This document shows positions 34,894 to 49,000 of a stretch of DNA of 63,791 bases, in pieces; position 1 is the first letter of the stretch, and every line of letters begins with the position of its first letter. The translations under genes were made by a program, and so were the position numbers. The notes under the pieces are model-generated. The model was given only the letters and a program-made list of their open reading frames with translations. It was not told where the DNA came from and made no database searches. The DNA lies in NCBI RefSeq assembly GCF_004010195.1, contig NC_057718.1, forward strand, positions 89,817,497 to 89,881,287, given 5' to 3'. Origin of the DNA: Chiloscyllium plagiosum. Its lineage: Eukaryota.

Positions 34894-36610
34894 CTCATCT
34901 CTCACTCGTCGTAAGCTGAAGGTGTCTTTCTTGGCCACTAAAGCAGCCAAAAGAACATGGTGCCTGCCTTAGACTCTGGTGGAGAGTCTGAGCTTGTACC
35001 AGGCTTTCACTCCACATTCCCTGCTTATTGGCACACACTCATCACTGTGATGTCCCCTCATACCCTTTCTCTGAGGCAGTGCAGGCTTGTACGCCTGGAG
35101 GTTCCTCACAACTAGTGGTTAATGGGCACATGCCCGCACTGGATCCCACATTCAATCCACCCCGATGCTGCTTCCTATAAAGAGAACTGTGTGTGTGGCA
35201 ACTTTGGTAAATTTAAAATCTCCCATTCCAATACAAGTCTTTTGTCCCATCTCCTGGGCTTTATTTAATAAAGAAAAGTACTTTGTGGATCTGTCTCGGT
35301 CTCTCTCGCTGGAATCATCAATCACCGTTGCAATAATTCCACCCTTAAACATATTGGAGAACAAAGATGGGTTTCAACATACTTTAATGAATAATTAAAC
35401 TAAGCTGTTTCGAGACAGTGACTCAGCTAAAATCACTTGCATTTTCTAGACACTTCTTAAATTTGAGGTCTTTTGTGTTTTATGTAATATTTCATGAAAA
35501 TATTAATATGTAATCCAATAAATCATTGAATTCATTTAAATTATAACAATGCAATTCTAACTGAGCTGGATGATTTTACAATTCTGTACTCAAGAACTTG
35601 CCTTTCCCAAGTACATCCCAAAGCCTCCCTGAAACATCGATCATAAGGAATTGCATCAAAATGTTTAGTCCTACGAGATCAGTTTTATAAAAGAGAAACA
35701 GAGGGGGTGATGGAGCAGAAATTCAATCAAGTACAATGGAGGGACAGGCAATACATGTACCCTGTGAACAATATATTTTTTAAAAACTGTATGAGAGATA
35801 TCCAAGAGGCACTCACCTGTTTTTCTCTGGTGGTCTTTTACAAAATGTTCATGCTCTTTTTTTTTGTAAAAATCGGGATGAAGTTCTTTAGCTGTATCCA
35901 ATAATGACAGAATTCACTGGACTACGCAGAACTCTTCCTCTGGTTTTTATACAAACCTAAGCATAGGAGTGGGCCATTCATCGATCTTGGCTAAAGAGCT
36001 CCTGATGCTGCAGTGTGGGGAAACTTGCCTCCAGTGAATGAAGAGGCAGAAGTGTCAGGGAGAAACGTTCGATACCACAACTTTGGACCAGACTGTGTCT
36101 GCAGTACTAAAGTGGGAAAGGTCTGACATACGTCTTGTACAATCCACCATGCAAGTTATTTTGGGTCTCCAAGTGTCTTTGTGTTTAAACACAATCAGAA
36201 AGTGGTGGAGAAAGTCAGCAGTCTGGCAACATCTGTAGGGAAAGTAGTAAAAAATAACATTTCAAGTCCACAATGACTTATTTTGAGCTGAATGGGTCTG
36301 AAAAAATTGTCAACAGCAATGAGAGAGGGGAGGAGCAAATGGAACAGGTGGTGAGGGTGCCCGGAGCAAAAGGAATGCCATTGGTAGGAGAGGAGGGTGG
36401 ATCATTGGTAGGATCATGGGTGTTAAGAGTCAGAGATTGAGAGCAAACCTAACAATGGAGTACTGTTCATTTTCTAAATAAACCTTCATTATCAAGGTCA
36501 CTTTCTCCTGCTTATGTTTTTCTATTGTGCAATATGAATAATGTATTACAGCATTGATATGAACTGTTCAATATTTACAGATGGTTTATTGTAACTTGTC
36601 TTTTAAAGAA

Positions 36611-36616
36611 AATAAA
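36611..36616 (+). terminator. Candidate poly(A) signal for the RNase T2 gene (alternatives at 35267 and 35517)
   Basis: AATAAA at the end of an AU-rich tract containing TGTA motifs; usage not verifiable from sequence. Confidence 0.35.
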
Positions 36617-36791
36617 ATTAACATATATTCAAATCACCCAGGAAGTCAGGATTTAATCTCTTGCTGATCATTTTTAGGTTATTTCAAGTGGCTGGTCAGT
36701 TAATAAGTAGGTCTTTATGTATGTTTCTATATTGCAGACTAGGAATAGAAGTTAATATTTTTTCATTAACCTGTCCATTTTGTGTTATTCA

Positions 36792-36920
36792 AAGGAACAG
36801 GAGAATCGACGTTTCGGGCATAAGCCCTTCTCCAGCAACTGATTTTTAAGCTATGCTGTGCTTTTCCAGCAACACATTTTTAAGCTCTGATCTCCAGCAT
36901 CTGCAATCCTCACTTTCTCC
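36792..36920. mobile_element. PLE-derived family B fragment
   Basis: GAGAATCGACGTTTCGGGCATAAGCCCTTC and tail CTGATCTCCAGCATCTGCAATCCTCACTTTCTCC. Confidence 0.72.
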
Positions 36921-37784
36921 ATTTTGTATTATTGGCTGTTTCTTGGTTTGAATTTCTTGATTACCAAGTTCAGTAGGTACTGTTCAAGATTGTATGTCAA
37001 CAAGTCTTCCTCCAGATATGTAATATTGTTGGAACTCCTTTGGTGTTATTGGCTGAGCTTATTATATATCACTTCATTCAGCAATATAAGCAGTTGCAGA
37101 TTTTATTAAATAGGACTTGTTCAAGATACAAGTTGAGAACAACACATTGACTTTCACTGTGTATTTTTTTTTGAGTACATATTAGGTTGGTGTTTCCATT
37201 TCCCAGGGACCAACACATTATGTCAGAAGTATTTGTCTGGAGATCCTACTTGAAGTATCAGGGCTCTTTGGAATTTCCTTGGGTGCAGCATTAAACAATT
37301 AGGGAGGGATTTTGTGAGGAGTGCTAGAATACCTACTTCTGGATCAGAAGGTCCTGGTTCAGTTCCCACATGCCCTGCTGTGTCTCATAACATGTTCAAG
37401 CACAGTTAAAAATCAGACAACACCAGGTTATAGCCCAGCAGGTTTAATTGGAAGCACTAACTTTTGGAGCGCCGCTCCTTCATTCAAATCACGTTCAAGC
37501 AGATTGAGTAAAAAATCTACAACATCATACAGGTTTAAGTATTGAGTCAGCCTAATCTGCAGGATGTGCAGCTAAGATTGTCAAATCCATAAAGCAGAAT
37601 TGCTCTAAATCCATGTTACTGAAGCTGATACACGATTTAAAAACTCAAACAAAACCTTTTAGAGATTTTACAAATGCTGATCAGCCAGTAGATTTTCCAG
37701 CATTTGCTGGTGTACTGGATTTTCAGTATTTACTTTTTCCAATTTTCATTTTAAAATTGATGGCTTTTGTTTTTGCAGTATCAG

Positions 37785-38140
37785 AGGTTGAGGGATGACT
37801 TTATAGAGGTCTATAAAATCATGAGGGGCATGGATAGGGTGAATAGCCAAGATTTTTTTTTCCCCCAGGGTTGGGGGGAGGAGTCCAAAACTAGAGGGAG
37901 TAGGTTTAAGGTGAAAGGAGAAACGTAAAAGGTACCTGAGGGACAACTGTTTCTCACACAGGATGGTAAGGGTATGGAATGAGCTGCCAGAAATGGTGGC
38001 AGTGGGTATGATGACAGCATTTAAAAGGCATCTGGACAGGAAGAGTTTAGAGGGTTCAGTTTACAATATCTGTTTGGCATGGACGAGTTGGACTGAAGGG
38101 TTTGTTTCTGTACTGTGTAACTCGATGACTCTGACTCTAT
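37785..38140 (+). mobile_element. CR1 LINE 3' fragment
   Basis: ATAGAGGTCTATAAAATCATGAGGGGCATGGATAGG...GACTCTGACTCTA tail. Confidence 0.85.
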
Positions 38141-38479
38141 AACTGGTTTTTGATGGGGATGTTTTTGGTCTCACTTCAGTAATGGTGCCATGGACATTGA
38201 CTTCATTTTAGAGATTTTCTTTATTCTTTCTGTATATTACATTGTATCAGACGGTACTAACCTACAGCACCACATGAGGTTCAGTTCTGTGATTAGACTG
38301 AAGTTTATATTTTTATCAGACTTTTAAAAAGAAAAATCTGTTCCATTTGACCTGTAGGTTATCCTAAGGGCAGTTGGCAGAAATGACCCATTTACTGTTA
38401 AATCCATGTGGGGCTTCATGAGTCTCTTTATACAATATGAAGTGCCTTTGTGGCACTAATGTGGTTAACTGAGAGGTTA

Positions 38480-39060
38480 TCCACTTCGACAGAAAAACAA
38501 TCAAGTAGATTATTGTGGTGAGAATTTGGGAAGGAGGGAGGTGCAACAGGACCTCTGGGTTGTCATAAACCTAGGTGGTCCAGACAGCAAATGTTAGGTT
38601 TGTGATCCGAGATGATTTGAATACAGGAGCAGAGATATCTTACTGCAACTGCACAGGGGCATTGGTAAGGTCAGACCTGGAGCCTTTTATGTAGTTTGTA
38701 GTCTCCTTATTTGAGGAAGGACATTCTAGCTGTTGAGGGAACGCAAAGAAGGTTCACCAGACTGATTTCTAGGATAGCAGGACTTTTGTACAGGGATCAG
38801 TTAGGATGATATTCACAAGAGTTGAGAAGAACAAGGGGGTGATTGATTCACATAGAAACCTATAAAATTCTATAGACTTAAACAAGATCGGTGCAGGATG
38901 GATATTCTCAATGACCCAGGCTCACAGGCCTTTCAGGACAACAATGCAGAATTTCTTCACACAAAACCGTTGAGGCCAAAATATTGAAGATCGTCAAGAA
39001 AGATGTAGATAAAGTTCTTAAAAGTCTAATGGGATCGAAGTATATAGGGACAAAGATGGT
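38480..39060 (+). mobile_element. Older degenerate CR1 fragment (similar relics at 41020-42260)
   Basis: TCTCCTTATTTGAGGAAGGACATT...AAGGTTCACCAGACTGATT, as at 62660-62720. Confidence 0.6.
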
Positions 39061-39940
39061 GACCAATTTTGTGGACTGAGCAGAGGTTGGAGATTCTGTT
39101 CTATTTGTAGGAATGACCCTAATCTTCCATTCATTCAACATGTAAAACCACCATTTCATGTTGCCATGATTGTTTCTATCCTATACCTGCTGCAGTATTT
39201 AACTGAAGCACAATATAACATGAAGGACTTGACATGGAGCTCAACAATTACAGATAAATGTTGCCACCATTTTGATTACACCCCTTCCCCCACTGTGTCA
39301 TATTTGCATATTGTGCTTCTCAGCAAAGGCAACCTGTTTCGACTATTCACACCTATTTTGTAACTATCACTTCTTTACTCCCGACTTTGTCTTTTGTTCT
39401 AGGCACCCTCAAGCTTCTTTTCTGCTTGCTCCCCCTCAGTCTTTGTCAACAGCATGAAAACATCACTTTTCCAGTCCCCTTCAGTTCTGAAGAGACTCAA
39501 ACATTAACTTTCTCTATCCACGGCTGCTGCCAAACTAGTTGAGTTGGAGCAGTTTAATTTCAAAATTCTAGTACTTTGCTATTGTCCTTGTTTGAAACAG
39601 TATGGATCAGTAGCAATTAGGCAACTTAACTCTTTCTACCACGTGAGCAATGCAACTTCCTAATGGACATTTTTAAACAGCAGGGGTGAGAAAGAGTTCC
39701 TTAATTTCCAGTTAAGGACAGTTGACTCATCTGACTCAAACTTCATTATGATGAGTGACTAATTCTCTAATAGTCCTAAGCAGTGGAACTCAAATGCATA
39801 AGCATGGTTAATAAACTTCCAAGCTTTTGTTCATTGTAGTATTGTTTTAAAAAATTCTCAAGGTCAAGGAGCAGGCTCGCAGGAAAGTAGTCTGACACAG
39901 AACAAACAGCCAAGAGGCGAGTCTGCTAGAATATAAGTGT

Positions 39941-39946
39941 TTTATT
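39941..39946 (-). terminator. Candidate BUD23 poly(A) signal
   Basis: First canonical minus-strand AATAAA I could find downstream of the stop, followed ~30 nt later by GU-rich GCTGTTTGTTCTGTGT. Confidence 0.45.
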
Positions 39947-42900
39947 CCCCGCAGTGTCCCCACAACCAGTCTCGTACTTACAACGGGTCTGGCTTATACT
40001 CACTCTACATGTTACCAAAACTGGGAGCCGTCAGTTCTCGTAGAGCGGTTGCCAACAACCCACGCTCGGCGGTTAAACGTAACCCCGGAGCAGACTCTAC
40101 CGAACTGGAGACTTTTCCAGCTGATATACTCTTTTCGAGATCTAAACATTCATGTGAACAGCAGAGCAAGGCTGAAAAAACACATTCCATTCTGGTCACA
40201 TACAGATAAGAAGATTCACACGGGAAGGTGTGTAATAAGATTCACACGGGACTAAGCGACATCTTCCATTTTCGGTTAGATTCACACATGTATTGGGACA
40301 CAATTTTAACCCTTTCACCACAAGTATGAACTACAGGGGATAAATTGTCTGGCTGGTTTGAATAGTAAAGTGATCTATCTGCAAATGCTGGGTTGCAGTG
40401 GTGATACCACGTCATGTATAAAAGTTTAATGTACCTTCAACGATGCAAATCACAAACAGTTTTTGCTAATTTGAGTTTTAAGGTTATGATAATTGAAAAG
40501 GTATGGATTTAAATTGTAGTAATTCACTTGATTTCTCCACAATTAAACAGCATCTTTTGCTGAAAGTTAATAGAAAACAGAACCCAAAAAAAAGTATTAT
40601 GCAAAACAATACAGGTAGGCCTGCAAGAGAAATCAGAGCTGAGCAAATAACCTGCAAGTTAAAACACAAATAGATTCTACAACATTTCCAAGTTTTTTGA
40701 AGGCTACTGACAAGGGCTCCTCCAAAATGTCTTTACGTTGCATTTTTTTTGGTCTTCATGAAGTAACTTTTTAAAAAAGAAATACATGGCACTTTTGCTG
40801 CTGGATGCATGCTTAAAAAGCAACTGTGTTTTGCACTTTCACATGCAGTACTCCACCTTGTGGTGGCATAGGCCTCGTGCAGCTTCTGAATAAGTTGATG
40901 AAAGGAACACTATAGACGAGAACAATTATTATTACTCTGCCGTTTTGGTAACCTTGGAAAACAAACAGTAATACAGCATCTCCACTGCTGGGTTTTCATC
41001 TTCCAGAATCCGAGATCTCAATGGTTTCTGCAGATTGGAAGGTAGCAAACACAACAGGGAAAGAGATACCAGGGATCTATCAGCGAAGTTGGGACTCGAT
41101 TACATCGTGATATCGGGTTGGCGTGGACGAATTGAACCAAAGGGTCTGTTTCCATGCTGTACATCTCTATAGCTCTTAGTAGCAGGATGGTAGGTTAAAT
41201 GTTAGACTTTTACTGGGGTATTTTCAACAGTCCCTTAGAACACAGCACAAATGGACTGGTTCCACATGATTTACAGAAGGAAATTTGTTGAAATCATTAG
41301 TTAATGTAATAAAAGGGGGAACAAGTGGATGCAATGTTTGGATTTTTGAAAGTTAGTTACTGGACTACAATGGCTGTTAACAAAAAAAAAACAAAGACCT
41401 CATGGGACTGTGAATGATGTTAGCATGGATTAAGGATTATCTTGTAGAGAACAAATAGGTCAGTTTTAGATGTGACAAGTGATGTCCAGTAAGGATTAAT
41501 GCTTGGGCTCAGCTATTTAACCTGTATCAGTGACAAAGGGACAGAGAAATGTAATTATTTGTTTATAATATAAAGCGAGATGAGAAAGTAAGCCACGAGG
41601 AGGCTGTGAGTGGGCAAGAACACAAATGAAATACAAGGTAAAGTTGTCTTTTTTTGATAGACTTTTTTCCAGTGGCCAAAGATTGGAAAACATTTGTATT
41701 TAGTGACAACTAGATGTCCTTGTACATGAATCACCAAATAAACACAGCAAGCAATTTGAAAAATCATATGCTAGCCTCCTATTGGGAATGTGAGTAAAGA
41801 GGTCTTGCTGCAATTTTGTAGGTCCCTGGTTAGAATATGATTGGAGTACTTGGTATAGTTTTGGGGTCTCCTTGGCTCGGGTAGCAAATATCTGCCTGAG
41901 AAGGAGCACAAGAAAGCTTCACTGGGCAGATTCTTAGAATGGGAATTGTCTTACGAGAGGGACACTAGTTTAGTGTAATCACCTGTGTTCGATAGAATGA
42001 GAAAAGCGATCTCACTGAAACAAAACAATTCAGCAGGGTTGATGTCATGAAACTAGGTTTCAGAGTTTCACAATAACGGTCAGATAGTTAGGATCAATAT
42101 GCAGAAAAGAATCCTCAGAATAGTGAATTGTGGGAATCCTCAATTGCAGAGGGTTGCGGATACTCGCACACCAGTTGATTTTTGAACGCAAAGGAATTGA
42201 GGAAGGTAGAGTTGAGGTAGATGAACTACAATCTTGTTGAATGGCAGAGCCCATTTGGAACACTAAATGACCAAGTCCTATTTCTTGGGTTCTTTACCAT
42301 TAATTCACAAAATCTGGACCATGGCTTTAGTTCATATCATTTGTTACTACACATCTCACATAACACTCAGCACTCCACAGCTTAAGCAGGAATGGACTCT
42401 TGAGCAAGTGAACAGAAAGACATGACCAGAATTGAAGAAAATCTAGCTGATCAAGGGCTATATTTTTTTCAGTACACAAGTAAAATAATGTCAAAATTTC
42501 ATCAGTAGATAAATCACAATCATCAGATTAAGTTGTTCACCTTCCTGGTTGAACTTTTCAATGCAGTCACTGTATAAATATCCTTTTTAAGGAATAATGG
42601 TAGCTCATCTGCTGTCTTTAACTCAAGCAGCCAAGCTCATTTAAGAACAACTAGATTCAAAGGCACTGACCCTTTCTTTTGTATTAGGACATCATTCAAG
42701 AAACGCACATGACAGCAGTCAAAAATGAGACAACATGGGCTTGCAGAATTCTGGATATTGAGAAGGAAGTTGAGAATGAACAGAATTGCTTCCTCCTGTG
42801 ATTCAAATCTTTACTGTTCAGCAAACCCATGAAGGTTGTTGTAAACGGAGAGCTCCGTACCAGTAGTGGGTTTGGTATGGTGATCATTCAAAGATAGTCC

Positions 42901-43010
42901 ATCGGCAGTTGTGAGTTCAACATTGAGGGTTCCAGGATCAAGAGGCGCCACAGAATTGACCAAATGAAGTTCTCCAAGCTGAGAACAAAACACCCCTGCC
43001 ATTCCCACCC

Positions 43011-43065
43011 TTAGAAACGGGGCTTCCTCTTTCTGCCAGTATACCTTGTGTCAACTCGAACTGTC
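43011..43065 (-). CDS. BUD23: BUD23 last coding exon ([18 protein letters not shown])
   Basis: Acceptor CCTTTCCCTTCCTAG; stop TAA at 43013-43011. Confidence 0.96.
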
Positions 43066-46000
43066 CTAGGAAGGGAAAGGAAGAATAAAGTGATTACAAT
43101 CTGCACACAGCAGTTAAGTTTATCTTTAGAATGTGTCTGGATCTAGAAAGCCTATCACAATGTCTTTGCAATGCACTTCTGAATGGAATCTTGTATATTG
43201 AGGTGGGTAGATAACCAAGCATTGCTCATTTGTAAAGTTAAAAGATACAGGAGAATAGATTTGGAACAAAGCTCCCACATAATAATGGACCAGTTAGTTC
43301 TCCTCAATTCAAATAAATCAGCCGAAGGTCCCCTTTAAGACGGTAACTGCACTAAGGAAAGGGGTATTCCATTCCATCTGACTGAATCCATTGGACAGTG
43401 GCAACCAAGATCAGGAGACCTATTGGAAAAGGAAATGCAAATATTTCTGTTTACTGGGAAAATAGTTTTGTCTGCCTTCACCCATATTCCAGAGGAACAG
43501 ACAATGGCATCAATATGGGATGGTGGGGTGTGCCCTGCTTGTACGAATGAGAATGATGTCCACTGCCAGAGGTAGGAGCATCCAGAGTCTAAATTCATGC
43601 AGCAGCCTGCGCTGCAAGCATGTTCACAGTTTCGATTGAATGATTCAAGGTGTTAAACACCTTGTATACAGGACGAGAGAAGAGCGAGGAGGAAACACCT
43701 TCATCGCATGGAGGTTTCTTGTTACCCAGTAAGCACCATGGCCCAGCATCACCGTACCTGCCCTGACGCCTCCGACGCTCCTTCTTCTCCAGAATCCACT
43801 CTCTGCTTCTTTTTACAGGCTTTCCCTTCAGGTTTTTAAACCTCAACCTGCAGGCAAGAAATGGCAGCTTGCTCAGATATCTGAACCAACACTATCCAGC
43901 CGAATGCTCAGGGATTCGCTCGTTAAAAGCTTAATTAATGATTTGTTGTACTTTTTCCAGCACTATCCTTTTTGACTATCTCCCTGGACCAGGTTTCTTT
44001 GACCCTGGCAAAGAGCTTTTGCTTCCCTGATAGAGCTAATAAAACCAACAGGAGTGGGCCATTCAGCCCTTTGAGTCTGTTCACCCTTCAATATGATCAT
44101 GGCTAGTCATTTCATTCTGGCTTCCAGTTTTATTTCTTATCTTTTGTTTCTTTCTCCTGTTTCCCTGCTCAGGTTCCCATTGGCCCTGTCATCCCAGTTA
44201 AAGTTAAAAATCACAACACCAGGTTATAGTCCAACAGGTTTATTTGGAAGCACTGGTTTTCGGAGCACTACTTCATCAGGTAGTTGTAGAGCAGGGCCAT
44301 ACGACAGAATTTATAGCAAAAGATTAGTGTCATGCAATGTGTCTTATGGCCCTGCTCTACAACTACCTGTAGTGCTCTGAAAGCTAGTGCCTCCAAATAA
44401 ACTTGTTGGACCATAAACTTGTTGAGCTGAGACTGATCTTCAGCAAGTATGTGAAATGGGTGACAGTGAATCAGCAGCCCCCTTTACACAGTGCCCAAAT
44501 ATTTCCATTTAATCAGAATTTAGGTGTGTTATCAAACATACTGCAAGTGGAGGAGGAGGAGGTTTTATCGACAAACCTGACCCCACCCCAACACCATATC
44601 AGGGATTTCAGTGTGGCCTGAAGGAAGCAGCAGATGCAGACTTTCCCTCCTAACTGGGGAGAACTAGGGAGCACTGCCAAAGCCACTGACCCACTTATAC
44701 CAATTCATTTTGCTCTGCAATCAAAATTTCTGTCAAGATTCAGGACATGCGATGCAGGTGTCTCGCATTTGCTGTCAGGATGGTGTTGGTAGGATACTTG
44801 TTCAAATTGCTGCAGAACACATCCCTGATGTGTTCATTTGCCAGGGAATTCTAACTGAACCATTAAAGAGAACTTCACATTTATTTTACACTGACACTAT
44901 CAACGGCACAAATTGTAAGAGGCAGGAAAATGTGGCAACCAGCAGCTCAGGATTGGCACACCAGTTCAATTCCTCAGTTACTATAGGTCTCTCAGTGACA
45001 GACAGAAGGAGACTGCAACCCTCTCTGCTTTACACTGACAGACCTGGACAATCAGGCAATCACTAAATATCCTTAAGACTGGAGCATCACACAATAATCT
45101 GCAGTTCCCAAAATGTACATTTTACATCCTTTGAGGCACAGTGCACATAGTCAGACTGTTTCTGGATGCCAAGTAAAGATTTTCAGCTCATTTCGTACTA
45201 ACATAGGCCCATGATGCCATTCATGAGGTAGGTTCTCTCAGCACAAATAAGAAAGAGAAGCTGGGACCTCTCAAATCTATGTCACACAGGACATGCAACA
45301 TGCCACAGAGCTGCTGTATGAACTCCACCTATCTGAAACACATGCCAGCCGTGGCTGAAGTTAGCTGTAGTCTGTTTTTGAAAATGATCACTTTTCTTCT
45401 TAGATCGTCAAATTGCAACAGCAAATAATTGGGAAGAACAAACTAAAATCAGACTGGTACGTGCAGACCAATGCAATTTCAGAACACAGCAATCAGGAAA
45501 TCACAGTAACAGTCACTGTGGCTGTCTGTTAGGTGTTAATGCATAGTGAGGTCTGGCAGGGATGGTATAGAGTCAGGGTTAATTGGGTGAGGACAGGGTG
45601 TATACATATGGGGAGCATGTAATTAATGTGGGTTGAAGTTTTGATATGTGAACTGGAAATTCAATGATTGGAAAACATATATGACTGGACTCTCACCTGC
45701 ATTTTAACCTCTGATGTTTTATCGTTAGAAGCAGCGTTTTTAAAAAATTGATAAGTGAATTCTGCATTTCCAATCAACTGAACGTGGCCCCACATCCAAC
45801 AAATATTTACAAAACTGCATCGATATGGAATTCTGCAAATGTAACATTTCACTCAAATTAAGAGGTGAGCTCGTCTATAAATTTGACAAAACTTTCCTCA
45901 CCTTCCATTTCAAATAAACTGGGCAGCCCTCCCCCCTTAAGGTGAGGCCAATGCTTCTTCACTTGAAATTGGACTGAGAACCAGGGCTAAAGAGAATCTG

Positions 46001-49000
46001 ATCAACACGAGGTTGCCAGTTCCACACTGTCAACCCCACCTTGCTGTTAGTGAATAAGTTTCGCCTATATTATGGTTGGATTTATTCATATTATTCACTT
46101 TAGCTTTGGACCCCCCCAGTATAAACACCTTACCTGGCATTAGTGAACTGAACCTGGCTCGTCGTCTCCTCTCCCTGCTCTGCTCCGAGCCCCTGGACAG
46201 GTAGGGGAAAGAGCACAAAACAGAACACTGTGACCACTGAAATTCAAATTCAATTCCATGCTCAGATCTCAAGGCAAATGATAGAATATGGAACATTACA
46301 GCACAGTACAGGACCTTCGGCCCTTGATGTTGTGCCACCCTGTGAAACCAATCTGAAGCCTATCTAACCCACACTATTCCATTATCATCCGTATATTTAT
46401 CCAATGACCATGCAAATGTCCTTAAAATTGGCGAGTCTACTAATGTTGCAGGCAGGGCATTCCATGCCCTTACTACTCTGAGTAAAGAAACTACCTCTGA
46501 CATCTGTCCTATATCTATCACTCCTCAATTTAAAGCTATGTCCCCTCGTGCCAGCCATCACCATCCGAGGAAAAAGGCTCTCTCTGTCCAGCCGATCTAA
46601 TCCTGTGATCATCTTTTATGTCTCTATTAAGTCACCTAACAAAAACCGCCTCAAGTCCCTCAGCCTTTCTTCATAACCCTTGGACCGACACAAACCAAAA
46701 TGCTGGGGGAGTGGGAAGGTGCACTTATGGAACAAGGGCATGAGCAAGTCAAAAAGACAGCACATTATGATGGGGTAGGTCAAAACCACAGCTCGGGCAG
46801 CAAACGTGTTAATGCCTTTACTTGCTCCAATTATTTAAATTCTGGAGTTAAAAATGGAAATAAATGGCTACAAGACGCAGTAATGAGATGTTTTACAGAT
46901 GACAGAACCTCAGCATTAACAAGGCACCGCAAGTTCCACATTCAGCCTTTCCATTGTGATCTTGCCCGGGCCTCTTAGAACAGAACAGAACTTACCAGGA
47001 ATGGCACTCATGATTTTAAAACAGGCCTCCCTCAACTATAAACAGGACCACAGACAGCTGAAGAGAACTCAAAGCCACAAACCTGTAAACAGAGCACCCA
47101 GTGAACTGTGCCAAGTCATTTGCAGCACTAAGTTTAAAGCAATTTTCAGAGAACAGGAATACCCCGCAGGACCCAACAGCACCTGAACAGATGGCTTCTT
47201 GTGAAGTGTGACAATGTCTATAAACAAAACATGATTCACCAGCTATCTTGTTTCAGAAATGCTGACTGATCTATGTATTAACATCAGTTTGCACTCTTGC
47301 CCATTTCAAACTCAATTGTCAAAAAGGTGAAATATTTTGATCCTGTAAACTCCATTAGGGGTTACTCTGCCATTATTTAGATTATTTGTTTTGGATCAAA
47401 TAACCCATAGCCTGCTTATCTGTTAATTAATGGTTTTCTCCTGTTTAATTTGCAATAAAATCACACACCGAGTATTGCAAGAGTCCTCCTGACTGTCTGA
47501 CAGTGTTACAATCTCTAATCCAGCCACTTAGAACATTCTATTTTAAATAGCAAAACAACAGGTAAACCATCAAGATTCCTCAGTCTGCTCTTTGCAGGAC
47601 TGCTGGGGGATTAAGCAGGTCATGCATAGGTCACTTAGCCATATAATGTGCAGTAATAAGGGTGACTATCAAACATTTCAACGTTCCCCTCAATCTGTCT
47701 TTGTGGATAAAGCTGGATGCTCTAATTTGGAATTTGAAACTGCTGTAGTTATGTCAGATAAAGCCTATTACAATTCCCCAAACACATGGATCTTAAATGG
47801 GACAAAGTTGGCCAGACTGGTTGAAACACAGGCTGTCGTTAGCACCAAAGAGGAACCCTGGCTTGTTCTGCAAGGGGCTGATATCAACCCAACTCTAGCA
47901 ACTTTACCCCAACATGATTCCCACAGTGAGGTTGTGGTAACTGTGCAAGTACATGCATCTTCAATATACAGCTGTTGGCAAGACTTGGGATAAGAACAAA
48001 GAGGTGAAATGTTAAGCACAAGTAGATGAATACAGAGGTTGAGATGGATTCAGAAACATGGTACAGACAGGGGTGAAAAGCTGTCAGAACCATTTGTTAT
48101 CCCATTGAATTAACATCTTGGGAATTTATAAAGGAAGGGCATTTTGAAAACTGGGGAGAGTTAACTGCCATCGAACTGGACAGCACGTCATCTAAAAGGG
48201 GCTTTCTGAAAGAAATCTCTCAGAAAGCATCATCTATCAAAGGTACCCTTTCCAGTAAAAACAGTAAAAAGAAAGAGGACCCAGGGAGGAGACAGCAGAA
48301 TCAGAAAGACAGAAGGAAGACAGCATAAAAGACTATGGTCTTTGAGAGGTTAAGTTGATTTAATGTTTAATAATTGTATTATTGGAGCAGCATTTGACAG
48401 AGTTGGGGTCAGATTGTGATTAGTTAAGAAAAGGGGGCTCAGTTTTGTCACTAGTTTTTGTTTCGTGTTCACTGTTAAGAGTTAGAAAATAAATTGTAAT
48501 TTCTTCTTTGAATGGTGGAAATCAGAGGTTCACTTTCACTTTTTGCAGATTACGAGGCGAGGTGAGCTTTTCTGGGGTGTTAGTTTTAATTAGCAGAGGG
48601 ATTTGACCTCTGTCTTAACAAATTACAAATAGCCCTGTCCAGTAGAACATACAGTACTTAAGGACTGACTGAACAGATGGTATGCTAGTTAATGATAGCC
48701 TGGTTACTTTTCATGGAACTGTGACTATCACACCCACTGCCAACTCAGAACACAATTTGGATGATTCACAGAGCCAGCAGATGCCAAACAGAAGTTAGTT
48801 TTGACTAAATAGGAGACTTGGACTGTGACATTTTTTTGCCTCCGCAGTGGGAAGATTTTGCATCAGCTGGGACGTGCCAGTCAGGCACTCGCTGTTAGAC
48901 GTCTTTGAGCACCAGCAACATGGATCAAGAAACACAACCTGGCAACTCTGCAAGCACGAGATTTAGCAGCTGCTCGGGAAACTACATTTGAATGCATCAG

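Noticed and set aside
39937..40255. Overlapping short ORFs as a third gene between RNase T2 and BUD23
   Set aside because: No recognisable protein motif in any frame and no partner exons.
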